A stretch of DNA of 64,000 nt, taken from positions 404,741-468,740 of the forward strand of contig JAHFLL010000001.1 of assembly GCA_023244895.1 (NCBI GenBank), given 5' to 3'. The number at the start of each line of letters is the position of its first letter. Positions within the stretch are counted from its first letter, which is position 1. This DNA is from Candidatus Liptonbacteria bacterium (GTDB lineage Bacteria > Patescibacteriota > Minisyncoccia > UBA6257 > 2-01-FULL-56-20). The position numbers and the translations under genes are program-made. Under the pieces are notes generated by a model. That model did not search any database, was not told the origin of the DNA, and saw nothing but the letters and a program-made list of their open reading frames with translations. Below are positions 18,881 through 28,613 of this stretch, piece by piece.

Positions 18881-20050
18881 CTAAAATGTTCCCTTGCGCT
18901 TTTTCATCGCGCTGGACACCTTGGCTTTAGCCAACTCTACTGCCACTTGGCGAGGGTTGCGCTTGGTCTTAATGCTCTTCGTAAGCACTTCTCTTACGGC
19001 CTTACTTATTCTCTCCTCAACCAGCTTGAACATTTTCTCCGGAGAATAGCCCATGTGCTCCGCGTAGGAAGATATGACTCCGCCCGCGTTGGCCACGAAA
19101 TCGGGCACGATGAGAATACCTTTTTTGACTAATCTTTCTTCTATCTCTTCCCGCATGGGAATATTCCCTCCCTCTACTATTATGTGGGCTTTAATCTTTT
19201 CGTAATTACCTTCATGAATCACGTCTGTGACGGAAGCCGGGATCATAATGTCTACCGGAATTGACCAAAACGCGTCCGCGGACAAGGTCTTCGCGCCCGG
19301 GTAGGTGGTGATAGATTTTCTACTGTCAACTATTTTTGCCACCTTTTTCGGGTCAAATCCTTCCGGCATGTGCACTACGCCCTGCGCGTCTGCGATTGCG
19401 ACTACCTTCGCACCCATCTCGGTTAAGAATTTGTACGCAAAGGTACCGACATTCCCAAATCCATGAATAGAAACTGTCGCGCCCTTAATAGGAGCTTTTT
19501 TCATCTCCGCCGCTATTTTAGCCGCCTGCGCAACCCCAAAACCCGTACTACCATATTCATGCGGAATACCGCACTTAAGAGTCTTACCCTTACCCACGCA
19601 ATACTTGGCGGGCTTACCGGTCGCGTCACCCCAATTACCACTTGCTTCCACGAACCACTGCATCTCGGTTTCACCGGAATTCACATCCGGCCCGGCAATG
19701 TATTTGGTAAACAGAAACGGCTTAATAGCTCGCGCGAAAGATTCTATCAACTTCTTTTTAGTAGCAAGAGAGGCGTCCATCCTACCGTTCTTGCCCATAA
19801 TCGGCCAACGTAAGCCGGACTTTGCTCCACCGAAAGGAATCCCAGCCATGGCATTTTTCCAAGTCATGGTGCTGGCTAGACGATAGACCTCTTCTTCACT
19901 CACTTTCGGCATTAAACGGATTCCGCCTTTGCCAACCCCGATAGCGGTGTTGTGTATTACCGCGAACCCTTCCATGCCGATCTTGGGGTCTTTAACGCGC
20001 ACCACATACTCCGGCCCGAAATTATCTTTACTTGTATCCATTGGAAACAA
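18881..20050 (-). CDS. Glu/Leu/Phe/Val dehydrogenase (glutamate dehydrogenase-like)
   Basis: 389 aa with GGAK and the active-site Lys region (KNAMAGIPFGGAKSG). Confidence 0.8.
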   Translation of the reverse strand: MFPMDTSKDNFGPEYVVRVKDPKIGMEGFAVIHNTAIGVGKGGIRLMPKVSEEEVYRLASTMTWKNAMAGIPFGGAKSGLRWPIMGKNGRMDASLATKKKLIESFARAIKPFLFTKYIAGPDVNSGETEMQWFVEASGNWGDATGKPAKYCVGKGKTLKCGIPHEYGSTGFGVAQAAKIAAEMKKAPIKGATVSIHGFGNVGTFAYKFLTEMGAKVVAIADAQGVVHMPEGFDPKKVAKIVDSRKSITTYPGAKTLSADAFWSIPVDIMIPASVTDVIHEGNYEKIKAHIIVEGGNIPMREEIEERLVKKGILIVPDFVANAGGVISSYAEHMGYSPEKMFKLVEERISKAVREVLTKSIKTKRNPRQVAVELAKAKVSSAMKKRKGTF

Positions 20051-20074
20051 TCTTTTTTAGTAGGCCTTTATTTT

Positions 20075-20329
20075 TTATTTAATATTGAGAAGATGGGCTA
20101 GGGTCGCCTCATCAAAACCAATCACTACCTGATCTCCAATCTCTATTACCGGCACGCCCATCTGACCAGTCTTATCAATCATTGCCTGCGCGGCTACGCG
20201 GTCAACTGCCACATTTTTTTCTTCGTAAGCAACATTGTGCGCGCTGAAATACTGCTTGGCCATCTTGCAATAAACACAGGTTGGCGTGGAATAGATTGTT
20301 ACCTTTGGCGCTGTTACTGCTTCTGCCAT
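20075..20329 (-). CDS. Glutaredoxin-like protein (NrdH/YruB type)
   Basis: 84 aa with CVYC redox motif in a thioredoxin fold. Confidence 0.7.
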   Translation of the reverse strand: MAEAVTAPKVTIYSTPTCVYCKMAKQYFSAHNVAYEEKNVAVDRVAAQAMIDKTGQMGVPVIEIGDQVVIGFDEATLAHLLNIK

Positions 20330-20345
20330 GTTGTTGTTATTATTT

Positions 20346-20678
20346 TTATTTTTTTTCGACCGATTTATTATTTTCTATCGCCTTAAGCAAAGCTTTAATT
20401 GTAGGATTGGTCTTAATGCCGTAACACATGGATTGTCCCGCCCGCACCCCTTTTATCAGCCCGGTCATCTCTAGAATCTTGAGCTGTTGGGAGGCGGCGG
20501 GCACGGATATGCCAAAAATCTTCGCGATATCCGTCACGCACAGGTCTTTGTATTCACACAGCAGGTTGAACATTTTAAACCTGCGCGCGTCTCCCAATGC
20601 GCCGAAGATTATGGGCAAACCCTCGTCTTCGGACTGAATTGCCTTCTGAATTTTCTTTATTTCGGATTCGGATATCAT
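20346..20678 (-). CDS. ArsR/SmtB-family transcriptional regulator
   Basis: 110 aa with a winged-HTH pattern (LCVTDIAKIFGISVPAASQQLKIL). Confidence 0.75.
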   Translation of the reverse strand: MISESEIKKIQKAIQSEDEGLPIIFGALGDARRFKMFNLLCEYKDLCVTDIAKIFGISVPAASQQLKILEMTGLIKGVRAGQSMCYGIKTNPTIKALLKAIENNKSVEKK

Positions 20679-20709
20679 ATTGACTTAGATTTATTTTTAT
20701 TTCCTAATA

Positions 20710-20733
20710 TTAAGCTATTAAGCAATAGCTTAA
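20710..20733. promoter_or_regulatory. Perfect 10-4-10 inverted repeat (TTAAGCTATT-AAGC-AATAGCTTAA), candidate ArsR operator
   Basis: Read directly from the sequence. It sits in the arsR promoter region and overlaps a TTGACA-containing -35/-10 zone on the minus strand. Confidence 0.4.
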
Positions 20734-20855
20734 TAATTGTAGTCGCAACTAAGAATCTGTCAAGTCTTCCCCGGGACAGCTCCTGCTTAACCAAATACAC
20801 CCAAAGCATCCAGAACTTCGGGTCAATCTAAGTTCCAACGACTAATCACTAAGTC

Positions 20856-22682
20856 CTAATTCTTGATTCCCAACTGCCTTCTCCTCTCCTCCATTTCATC
20901 TAAGACCATCTTGCGGATACGCACGCTCTTAGGAGTGACTTCCACCAGTTCGTCGTCTCCGATATATTCCAAAGAGTCTTCCAAATCCATAGTCTTGGGA
21001 GTATCAAAATGTTCCGCCGCTCCGTCGTTCTTAGAACGCATATTAGAAAGCTCTTTTTCCTTACAGACATTGACCGGTAAGTCTTTCGGACGAGAACGCT
21101 GACCCACTACTTGCCCCTTATAAACCTGTTCGCCCGGACCGATGAAAAACATGCCCTGTCCCTGTACGTTTAACATACCATAAAGGCGAGTGATTCCCGT
21201 CTCGTGCGCCACGAGCGAGCCCTGTTCCCTGTCCTTCCAGTTTCCCGGGTCGGGACGATACTCGTCAAAAACCACGTGCATGATGCCCAAACCCTTGGTA
21301 TCGGTAATAAATTCCTGCCGGTAGCCGAACATGCCCCGGGTGGGAATAGAAAAATCCAAATAGGTTATTCCGTTTTCGGTGCGCATATCGGTCAGCTCTC
21401 CTTTGCGACCACCCAATTTCTGAATAATCACGCCGGAGTATGCTTCCGGGACTTCAATAGAAACATCATCATACGGAGTACAGGTTTTGCCGTCTATGGT
21501 CTTGGTAATAACCTGCGGACGAGAAACCTGGAATTCGTATCCCTCCCGGCGCATGCGCTCAATTAAAATCGCCAAGTGCAACTCTCCCCTGCCGGAAACA
21601 ACCCAGCCGGCCTTGCCGCTTACAGTTTCCGCCACATCCTCCACTCTTAAGGCCACATCCGACTCTAATTCGTTATACAGTCTCTCTCTGATCTGGCGGG
21701 AGGTGGTAAACTGTCCCTCCTTGCCAGCTACCGGCGAATCGTTTACCAAAAAAGTCATCTTCACGGTTGGCTCTTCAATATTCAAGAGCGGTAAAGCCAC
21801 GGGGTTTACGGGGTCCGCAACAGTTTCTCCGATAGTTATGTCCGCTATGCCGGAAATTGCCACAATGTCTCCCGCGGAAACTTCCTTGGCGTCCGTGCGG
21901 GTTAAACCCTCGTAGGTCATGAGCGAAACAAGACGACACTTCTTAGTCTCTCCCAAACGGTTGATATGAACTATTTCTTGCCCCGCCTTGATAACGCCAT
22001 TATATATTCGGCCGGTCGCGACCCGTCCCTTAAAACTATCCGCGGTCAAAGTATTTATAAGCATCTGCAGGGGCTTACCCGGATCTCCTTCCGGCGCGGG
22101 AATATGCTCCAATATCGCATCAAAAATCGGAGAGATGTCCTTCATGGCATCTAGCTCCTTTTCCAGCCCGGCTTTACCGAGTTTCGCGGAAGCGTATACG
22201 ATCGGAAAATCCGCGATATGCTCTTCCGCGCCCAATTCCATAAATAGATCTAGGGTTTTATCCACTACGTAATTCGGGCGTGCGTCCGGCTTGTCTATCT
22301 TATTAATCACCACCACTACTCGTAGCTTGGATTCCAGCGCTTTTTTGAGCACGAAGCGAGTCTGAGGCATAGGACCCTCCTTGGCGTCTATTAAGAGCAG
22401 GCAACCGTCCGCCATCTTCAAAACCCGCTCCACCTCGCCTCCGAAATCAGCGTGTCCCGGCGTATCTATAATGTTTATCTTGGTGCCCTTCCAGTTTACG
22501 GACGCGTTTTTAGAAAAAATAGTAATCCCGCGCTCCCGCTCCAATTCGTTGGAGTCCATTATAAATTCCGTCGCGGCAACCTCTTTATTCATCTTAGTCA
22601 AAGATTGGCGCAACAAAGCATCCACCAAAGAGGTTTTTCCGTGATCTACGTGAGCTATTATGGCAACGTTTCGGATGTTCAT
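20856..22682 (-). CDS. typA: Translational GTPase TypA/BipA
   Basis: The start is probably MNIRNVAIIAHVDHGKT. EF-G-like GTPase with the TypA C-terminal domain. Confidence 0.9.
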   Translation of the reverse strand: MNIRNVAIIAHVDHGKTSLVDALLRQSLTKMNKEVAATEFIMDSNELERERGITIFSKNASVNWKGTKINIIDTPGHADFGGEVERVLKMADGCLLLIDAKEGPMPQTRFVLKKALESKLRVVVVINKIDKPDARPNYVVDKTLDLFMELGAEEHIADFPIVYASAKLGKAGLEKELDAMKDISPIFDAILEHIPAPEGDPGKPLQMLINTLTADSFKGRVATGRIYNGVIKAGQEIVHINRLGETKKCRLVSLMTYEGLTRTDAKEVSAGDIVAISGIADITIGETVADPVNPVALPLLNIEEPTVKMTFLVNDSPVAGKEGQFTTSRQIRERLYNELESDVALRVEDVAETVSGKAGWVVSGRGELHLAILIERMRREGYEFQVSRPQVITKTIDGKTCTPYDDVSIEVPEAYSGVIIQKLGGRKGELTDMRTENGITYLDFSIPTRGMFGYRQEFITDTKGLGIMHVVFDEYRPDPGNWKDREQGSLVAHETGITRLYGMLNVQGQGMFFIGPGEQVYKGQVVGQRSRPKDLPVNVCKEKELSNMRSKNDGAAEHFDTPKTMDLEDSLEYIGDDELVEVTPKSVRIRKMVLDEMEERRRQLGIKN

Positions 22683-22763
22683 ATGTTTAAACGGCAAACG
22701 CCCGCAAGGGCGCATTTAGTGCGTTTAATTTATACCAAAATATTTTAATTACGTCAATTAATT

Positions 22764-24032
22764 TTAGCGGGAGGGCCGATACGAAGGCCGCCTACTATGC
22801 CCACTGCCCCGCCGCGTGCCTCCGCTACCATAACCATGACTGCGCGAAGATCTAAATGGCGGTCGTCTACCATATGCGGGCCGAGCCGGAACTGAATGTA
22901 AAATCGGCTTAGGTAATGAATCCGGAAGTTCCGCTATGGGTAAAGGTTTATGCAAAAGCCTCTCTATGTCGCGCAAGTCCCCCAGCTGATCTGGGGTAGC
23001 GAACGAAATCGCATGCCCGCTCGCGCCCGCTCGCCCGGTTCGCCCGATACGATGCACGTAATCCTCCGCCTGCATGGGCAAGTCATAATTGATTACCACC
23101 TCAATGCCCTGCACATCAATACCGCGCGCCGCGATGTCTGTCGCAACTAATATGCGATACCTACCCGTGTCAAATCCATTTAAAGCATCTCTGCGCTGAT
23201 TGAGCGAGCGATTGGAGTGCAACTCCGCGGAAGTGTGCCCCAAATCACGCAACCCTTTCGCTATTCTTTTCGCGCCATGTTTAGTTCGGCTAAATACTAA
23301 GACCGAGCCCTTGTAGTCGTAGAGTAACTTTTTAAGAAGCGCGTCTTTGCTTTCTCGCCCAACCATAAACACCTCCTGGGTTAAGTTGTCCGCCATGGTC
23401 CCCGGCGGAGCTATCTCTATTTGTAACGGCAGCTTCATAAATGTTTTCGCGATTGTGCCTATCTCCGGAGGCATGGTGGCGGAAAACAACATCGTCTGCT
23501 TCTCTGTTGGAACAGATTGCAAAATGCGCTTGAGCTGGGGAGCAAAGCCCATGTCGAGCATCCGATCCGCTTCATCTAAAACCAAAATACCAACATTAGA
23601 AAGACTTAAAATACGCTGCTCTAGGTGATCAATAATGCGCCCCGGCGTGCCAATCACGATGTCCGACTTGCGCCTAATGTCCGATATCTGCCGACCCATG
23701 GGCGCGCCTCCAATCAGAAGGGCCGTCTTAATTCCCAGCCCGCGGCCTATTTTTTGTAAAGATTCCTCTACTTGAAGTGCCAACTCGCGCGTCGGCAGAA
23801 CCACCAAACCGATGCCATTCTTGCGCCGCAAAACCCCCTGAATCATAGGAATGCCAAAAGCAAGCGTCTTACCGGTGCCGGTCTGCGCGATACCGATCAG
23901 GTCCTTGCCTTCTATCGCGAGCGGGATAGACCTCTCTTGAATGGGCGTGGGAACGGTGAATTTAAGCTTGTCTAATATAGATAAAATACCGGGGGCTATA
24001 CCGAGTTTATAGAAGCCCGAAAATTCGTTCAT
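22764..24032 (-). CDS. DEAD-box ATP-dependent RNA helicase
   Basis: Q-motif, GTGKT, DEAD, SAT and HRIGRTGR motifs, plus an RG-rich C-terminal tail. Confidence 0.85.
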   Translation of the reverse strand: MNEFSGFYKLGIAPGILSILDKLKFTVPTPIQERSIPLAIEGKDLIGIAQTGTGKTLAFGIPMIQGVLRRKNGIGLVVLPTRELALQVEESLQKIGRGLGIKTALLIGGAPMGRQISDIRRKSDIVIGTPGRIIDHLEQRILSLSNVGILVLDEADRMLDMGFAPQLKRILQSVPTEKQTMLFSATMPPEIGTIAKTFMKLPLQIEIAPPGTMADNLTQEVFMVGRESKDALLKKLLYDYKGSVLVFSRTKHGAKRIAKGLRDLGHTSAELHSNRSLNQRRDALNGFDTGRYRILVATDIAARGIDVQGIEVVINYDLPMQAEDYVHRIGRTGRAGASGHAISFATPDQLGDLRDIERLLHKPLPIAELPDSLPKPILHSVPARPAYGRRPPFRSSRSHGYGSGGTRRGSGHSRRPSYRPSR

Positions 24033-24077
24033 AAAAGAACGATAACATGACTTTCTAAGAATAGATATGGCCGGAGA

Positions 24078-24557
24078 CTAAGCCATCTTGCGCAACTCAT
24101 ATCTCTCAAAACTATCACCCTCGTCCGCGAAATAGAACTCACCCTCCAATTTTTCTCCGGCAAGCACCCGTGGCAACCAGTATTTATCGTCCGGCCACAT
24201 CTCCCCAAACGGAATATCCGCATGTTTAAACCATTGCGGGCGCACTTCCTCCGTCTCTATCGGCTCACCCTCCCATTTTCGCACCAGATAAACCGGCACC
24301 TCCTGATTCCAGTCTTTTTTATGTTCTGGGAAGTAGAATCTTAAACTGGCCACGTGCTCTAGGTCATTTAATCCGAATTTCACCCCGATTTCCTCTTCCG
24401 ATTCCCGCACCGCGGACTGTTCTACCGTTTCGCCCAGCTCCGGTTTCCCGCCCACCCCATTCCACCTGCCCGCCCCAAACCTGCGCTTCTTCATCGCCAG
24501 AAGCACCTCCCCTTCCCGAATCAATAAAACCAAACTGACCTTGCGTAATTCCTCCAT
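24078..24557 (-). CDS. NUDIX hydrolase (MutT-like)
   Basis: Nudix box GGKPELGETVEQSAVRESEEEIG. The start is probably an internal Met just after the helicase stop. Confidence 0.75.
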   Translation of the reverse strand: MEELRKVSLVLLIREGEVLLAMKKRRFGAGRWNGVGGKPELGETVEQSAVRESEEEIGVKFGLNDLEHVASLRFYFPEHKKDWNQEVPVYLVRKWEGEPIETEEVRPQWFKHADIPFGEMWPDDKYWLPRVLAGEKLEGEFYFADEGDSFERYELRKMA

Positions 24558-24559
24558 CT

Positions 24560-27535
24560 TTATTTCATTATATTTCTTAGAGCACAAAATTCACAATCTT
24601 TCTCCCCGCAACTCTTGTCCCAAAATTTCAAATTTACAATCTCGTCTGCCACCTCCAAAATCTTAGCGCGCAACTCTTTTGTTTCCTCGTCGCTCACCGT
24701 GAATTCCTCCCGCTTAAACTTGCCCAACTTGTTGGGTTGCACAAAATCAATTACACCCGAAATCATTTTGTACTTATGCAAAGGATATAAATCCAAAAGC
24801 AATTTATAAAACACTAATTGTCTCTTATAGTCCCCGTCCGAATCTTCTGTTTTACCCTCCATCTTGTTCCGACTCTGCGCCTGGCCGGTCTTGTAGTCCA
24901 CCACGATTACTTCTCCTTCCTCGTCTTGTAGCTCTAACTTGTCCAACTTACCGTTTATCTTTACCCCGGGCGCGAGCTCAATATCGCGGATAGAAAATTC
25001 GCTGATAGTATTGTAATTCCAGTTCGCACTGTATTCATCATAATAATCCTTGAGTTCTTTTTTACCTCTCTTTAGCAATTCGTCTCTATCATCCTGGAGC
25101 ATGGGTTGCTTCCATATCTCCGCTTCAAACTGTTCCTGAATAAAATGGTAGTCCGCCTCCTTGCCTTCCTTGCGGGCGTCAAAAAACTTCTGAAGGGTGC
25201 CGTGCACCGCATTTCCGTACATCAAATGCCGATTTTGCGCCGCGGGCAAGCGCAAGAGGTTTTGGTAAAAATACTGCCAAGGACATTCCAAATAGTTATT
25301 AAGCGCAGTTACGGAAAGACCCTTTTCTTCAAAGACCGCGCGCACAAACTCGCGATTAGACTGGTCCGGCTGCGCCTGCTCTTTCTTGGTAAAAAGAATA
25401 TCTTTTTTGTTGCCGAACTCCTCGTCCCAGCTCTCCGCGTCAATCACCTCTTTTAGGTCCGATCTTATCTCCTCTAAAAATTGGCTGGGCACCTGCTCTC
25501 TGCCATCCTCTCCGTGATAGGCGTAGCTCAAATAAAGCTCTTTGCGCGCCCTGGTAAGACTCACGTAAAAAAGCCGGCGCTCGTCTTCGTTCTTTTCCAG
25601 CTCATCTGAATCCACATACTTTCCGGAGGGCAAGTTAAACTTGGTTAGATTGCGACGATTGCCCCAATGTCCATCCGTGAGCCTAGTTATAAATACCACG
25701 TCAAATTCTTGTCCCTTAGCGCTATGCGCGGTCATAAGACGCACCGCCTCCCGCGCGCCGCGCATCCGCGAACGGATAGCCACGCCGTGCTCTTCTAATA
25801 TTTGGAGGTGAGCCAGAAACTCTTTTAGGGAGTAATCTCCCCTATTGCCCGCCATTTTCTTTGCTTCATCAAAAAAAGCGTTAAGTTTTTCAATCCTATG
25901 CCAGCCCTTCTCACTCAAGAGATCTGCCAAATACCCGGATTCGCGCACCACCATTTCAAAAACTTCTACAAAGGGCTTGTTCTTGGCTAGACGATGCCAG
26001 CTCTCCAATTTATGATAAAGCTCTTTTAGTTTTTCCGGCTGGTTTAGCTTCACATCCTTTCTGCCCTGTCCGGAAAGCATTATGCGATGAAGGGACGCTT
26101 CGCCGTAATCTCTAGCGTAAATCAATTGATAGGCGTCCAGCGGATCAATACCCAAAAAATCTATATGGAGCGCCTCCGCCAAAGCGATATCGTTGCCGAA
26201 TTCTTCTATGGTCCTAAGTAATGCTATCAACTTGCGAATGTCGGAGTCGTGCAGAATATCTTTGTCTGACTCCAAGCTGACCGCGAGACCCTGCTTTTCC
26301 AAAAAATCCGCCAGCTTGAAGCCGTCCGCGTTGTCCCGAAAAATAACCGCTACTTCTTCCGGTCTGGTTCCGCGCTCTATCGCTTTTTTGATATTCTCCG
26401 CGACAAAATACAACTCCGTGCCCGGTAGACTAAAACCCGCCAGTTTTATCTTCTGGGCAAGATGTTGCGTCTGCGATTTAAGCTTTTGACCCAGAACCGC
26501 GCGATTATTCTCTATCAGACTCTGCGCCGAATCCAATATGTTCTGATGAGAACGATAGTTGTCCGTAAGCGAAATAAGCTTCACCTTAGGATACTTATTT
26601 TTGAAATATAGAAAGTTCTCCAAGCTCGCACCCTGAAAACGAAAGATGGCTTGTTTCTCGTCGCCTACCACGAACAAATTCGGGCTCTCATGGAAACTGG
26701 CCAAAAGCTCTAAGACAATATTCTGGGCGGTATTGGTGTCCTGGTGCTCATCTACCAACAGATACTGATATTTTTCTTGTAGTTCCAATAAAAAGTCATT
26801 CTTATCTCTGAGCGCGGAAACGGTCTCCAGTATCATATCGTCAAAATCGTAACGTCTCCGCTCGCGCAATATCTTTTCATAAGCCAGGTAAACCTGTGCC
26901 AGCTCTTGATTCTTCTCTATATCTTTAAGCTTTTTCTGGTACTCGCCCTTCATTTTGCCCTTATGCGCGCCCTTCTCGTGGTATAGGTCGGAAATTTTAT
27001 CAAACTCGGATTTTTGCTCTTTGGCCCATTTCTCAAAATCTCCCGCGCTCATGCCCTCGTTTTTAAGATGCTTAATAGCCCAAACGATATCCTTAATGTA
27101 GTGATACTTGTCGCCAAAAGGTTTTAATCGTTCCAGCTCTCCGTTGTCTAAAACCTCCCGCAAATAGCCGATTTGGTCCACTTCCGCTAAGTTCTCCGAA
27201 CCTATAATACGCGGATAGTATTCCGGATACCCCTCTATTAGACGGTTGCAAAAACCATGAAAAGTAGAAATATTCACGTAATATCCCGGTGCGCCGATAA
27301 GACCAACTAAACGCTTGCGCATATTGGCCGCGCCCGCCTCCGTAAAGGTTAGCGCCAAAATCGCGTCCGGAGGCGTGTCGGTTTGGAGCAGAATATTCGC
27401 GATACGCAAAGTGAGTATCTGGGTCTTGCCCGTGCCCGGACCCGCGATGACCATAACCGGACCCTCAATCGCGTCTACCGCCTCCTTTTGTCTGGGATTA
27501 AGTTTTTTATATGCCTCCTCAAACTCTTTCTTCAT
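24560..27535 (-). CDS. UvrD/PcrA-family helicase fused to C-terminal PD-(D/E)xK-type nuclease with Cys cluster
   Basis: 991 aa with N-terminal GPGTGKT and UvrD motifs. The C-terminus carries a 4-Cys cluster typical of AddB/Cas4-like Fe-S nucleases. Confidence 0.8.
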   Translation of the reverse strand: MKKEFEEAYKKLNPRQKEAVDAIEGPVMVIAGPGTGKTQILTLRIANILLQTDTPPDAILALTFTEAGAANMRKRLVGLIGAPGYYVNISTFHGFCNRLIEGYPEYYPRIIGSENLAEVDQIGYLREVLDNGELERLKPFGDKYHYIKDIVWAIKHLKNEGMSAGDFEKWAKEQKSEFDKISDLYHEKGAHKGKMKGEYQKKLKDIEKNQELAQVYLAYEKILRERRRYDFDDMILETVSALRDKNDFLLELQEKYQYLLVDEHQDTNTAQNIVLELLASFHESPNLFVVGDEKQAIFRFQGASLENFLYFKNKYPKVKLISLTDNYRSHQNILDSAQSLIENNRAVLGQKLKSQTQHLAQKIKLAGFSLPGTELYFVAENIKKAIERGTRPEEVAVIFRDNADGFKLADFLEKQGLAVSLESDKDILHDSDIRKLIALLRTIEEFGNDIALAEALHIDFLGIDPLDAYQLIYARDYGEASLHRIMLSGQGRKDVKLNQPEKLKELYHKLESWHRLAKNKPFVEVFEMVVRESGYLADLLSEKGWHRIEKLNAFFDEAKKMAGNRGDYSLKEFLAHLQILEEHGVAIRSRMRGAREAVRLMTAHSAKGQEFDVVFITRLTDGHWGNRRNLTKFNLPSGKYVDSDELEKNEDERRLFYVSLTRARKELYLSYAYHGEDGREQVPSQFLEEIRSDLKEVIDAESWDEEFGNKKDILFTKKEQAQPDQSNREFVRAVFEEKGLSVTALNNYLECPWQYFYQNLLRLPAAQNRHLMYGNAVHGTLQKFFDARKEGKEADYHFIQEQFEAEIWKQPMLQDDRDELLKRGKKELKDYYDEYSANWNYNTISEFSIRDIELAPGVKINGKLDKLELQDEEGEVIVVDYKTGQAQSRNKMEGKTEDSDGDYKRQLVFYKLLLDLYPLHKYKMISGVIDFVQPNKLGKFKREEFTVSDEETKELRAKILEVADEIVNLKFWDKSCGEKDCEFCALRNIMK

Positions 27536-27588
27536 AATGAACGATGGTTGAATTTTACTCCAAAGCGGTCAAATTAAGTAATCTTTTG

Positions 27589-27618
27589 TTGACACGATAT
27601 ATTTTTTATCGTATGAAT
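27589..27618 (+). promoter_or_regulatory. Sigma70-like promoter (TTGACA-17-TATGAA)
   Basis: Read directly from the sequence, at the edge of a GC-rich islet. Confidence 0.35.
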
Positions 27619-27642
27619 ATTTCTAGCACACAGGGAGGCACA

Positions 27643-28020
27643 GTGACGAGAAGGTTAGCGGACCTTATCAGGGAGTACGAGGCCAGACGGTGGACGCCCG
27701 TCCGCCGTAAACGCGAACTGCGCAAGACCATCCTCCAAAAGATGGCGCGCGCAATCGCAATCTTCTGCATAAATAACGGCAGACTGAGCGGTAGCGTCAT
27801 CATTCAGAGCGCGGGTAACGTCACCTGGGAGCCAATCAAGACGGACGCGCCCATCCTGACGGAACAAGCGTTTGTGGAGTTGTATCCGCGCGTTGTCTTC
27901 TTCGCGAGCTTCTGCAAGAAATACCGAGTCGGTAATCTCGGTATCAGGGTACCGGGCATGGGCACGGTGCACTGGGCTCCGCGAGAAGTCAGCCTAGAAA
28001 CCTCGCGCCGAAAGAGGTAA
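27643..28020 (+). CDS. Hypothetical Arg-rich protein in GC-rich islet (coding strand uncertain)
   Basis: A GGAGG precedes a GTG start, and a terminator hairpin lies downstream. An antisense 105-aa ORF (27655..27972) competes for the same DNA. No family recognised. Confidence 0.3.
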   Translation: MTRRLADLIREYEARRWTPVRRKRELRKTILQKMARAIAIFCINNGRLSGSVIIQSAGNVTWEPIKTDAPILTEQAFVELYPRVVFFASFCKKYRVGNLGIRVPGMGTVHWAPREVSLETSRRKR

Positions 28021-28032
28021 CGGCGCAGATTG

Positions 28033-28070
28033 AGCGACTAGCACCATGGGTGCTGGTCGCTTCGCTTTTA
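28033..28070 (+). terminator. Intrinsic terminator
   Basis: GCGACTAGCACC-ATGG-GTGCTGGTCGC hairpin followed by a T-rich tail. Confidence 0.4.
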
Positions 28071-28523
28071 TGGAGCCCAGGGGGCAGAAACTATTTGATA
28101 TATATATGGATGAATCCTCTCAAATAAAAATGCGCCAATAAGCCAGTAGGAACTGTGGAGTGCGCTAACGTGCCCTCTGTAATTAAAAGGCATACTAGAA
28201 TAATCCCACAAACGCACCCCAAAAAAGCGAATTACGAAAACGGAACCGGCGAGCTCAAGCAACGTTAAAAATATTATATAAATTAACAGTCTTAAAATTA
28301 GAGGTAGTGCGTAGATAGAGCTTGAGAGTAAAAGTAGTAGCAACGCGCCGAATCCATAGATAGGTAAAAGAGGGATAGGCTTTCCTAAATACTTAAACAA
28401 CCCCGGAAAGATAAATTTTTTAGCGAGAGCGGAGCGGTAGATGACCTCGATAACCCAACCCAAAAGGCTGTAAATGAAGAATATGGCTGCCAGCTCTATG
28501 GCGCTCATTAAAACGGATGTCAT
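28068..28523 (-). CDS. Hypothetical polytopic membrane protein
   Basis: 151 aa with 4 TM helices. It lies downstream of the ABC exporter and may be functionally linked to it. Confidence 0.45.
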   Translation of the reverse strand: MTSVLMSAIELAAIFFIYSLLGWVIEVIYRSALAKKFIFPGLFKYLGKPIPLLPIYGFGALLLLLLSSSIYALPLILRLLIYIIFLTLLELAGSVFVIRFFGVRLWDYSSMPFNYRGHVSALHSSYWLIGAFLFERIHPYIYQIVSAPWAP

Positions 28524-28613
28524 ATACCAAATCCTGAAATTATTTTATCGGACTGAGCCATGGGAAGTATTTTAACATCCAACCCGTGAGCGACAAAGCC
28601 TGACGCAATATTT

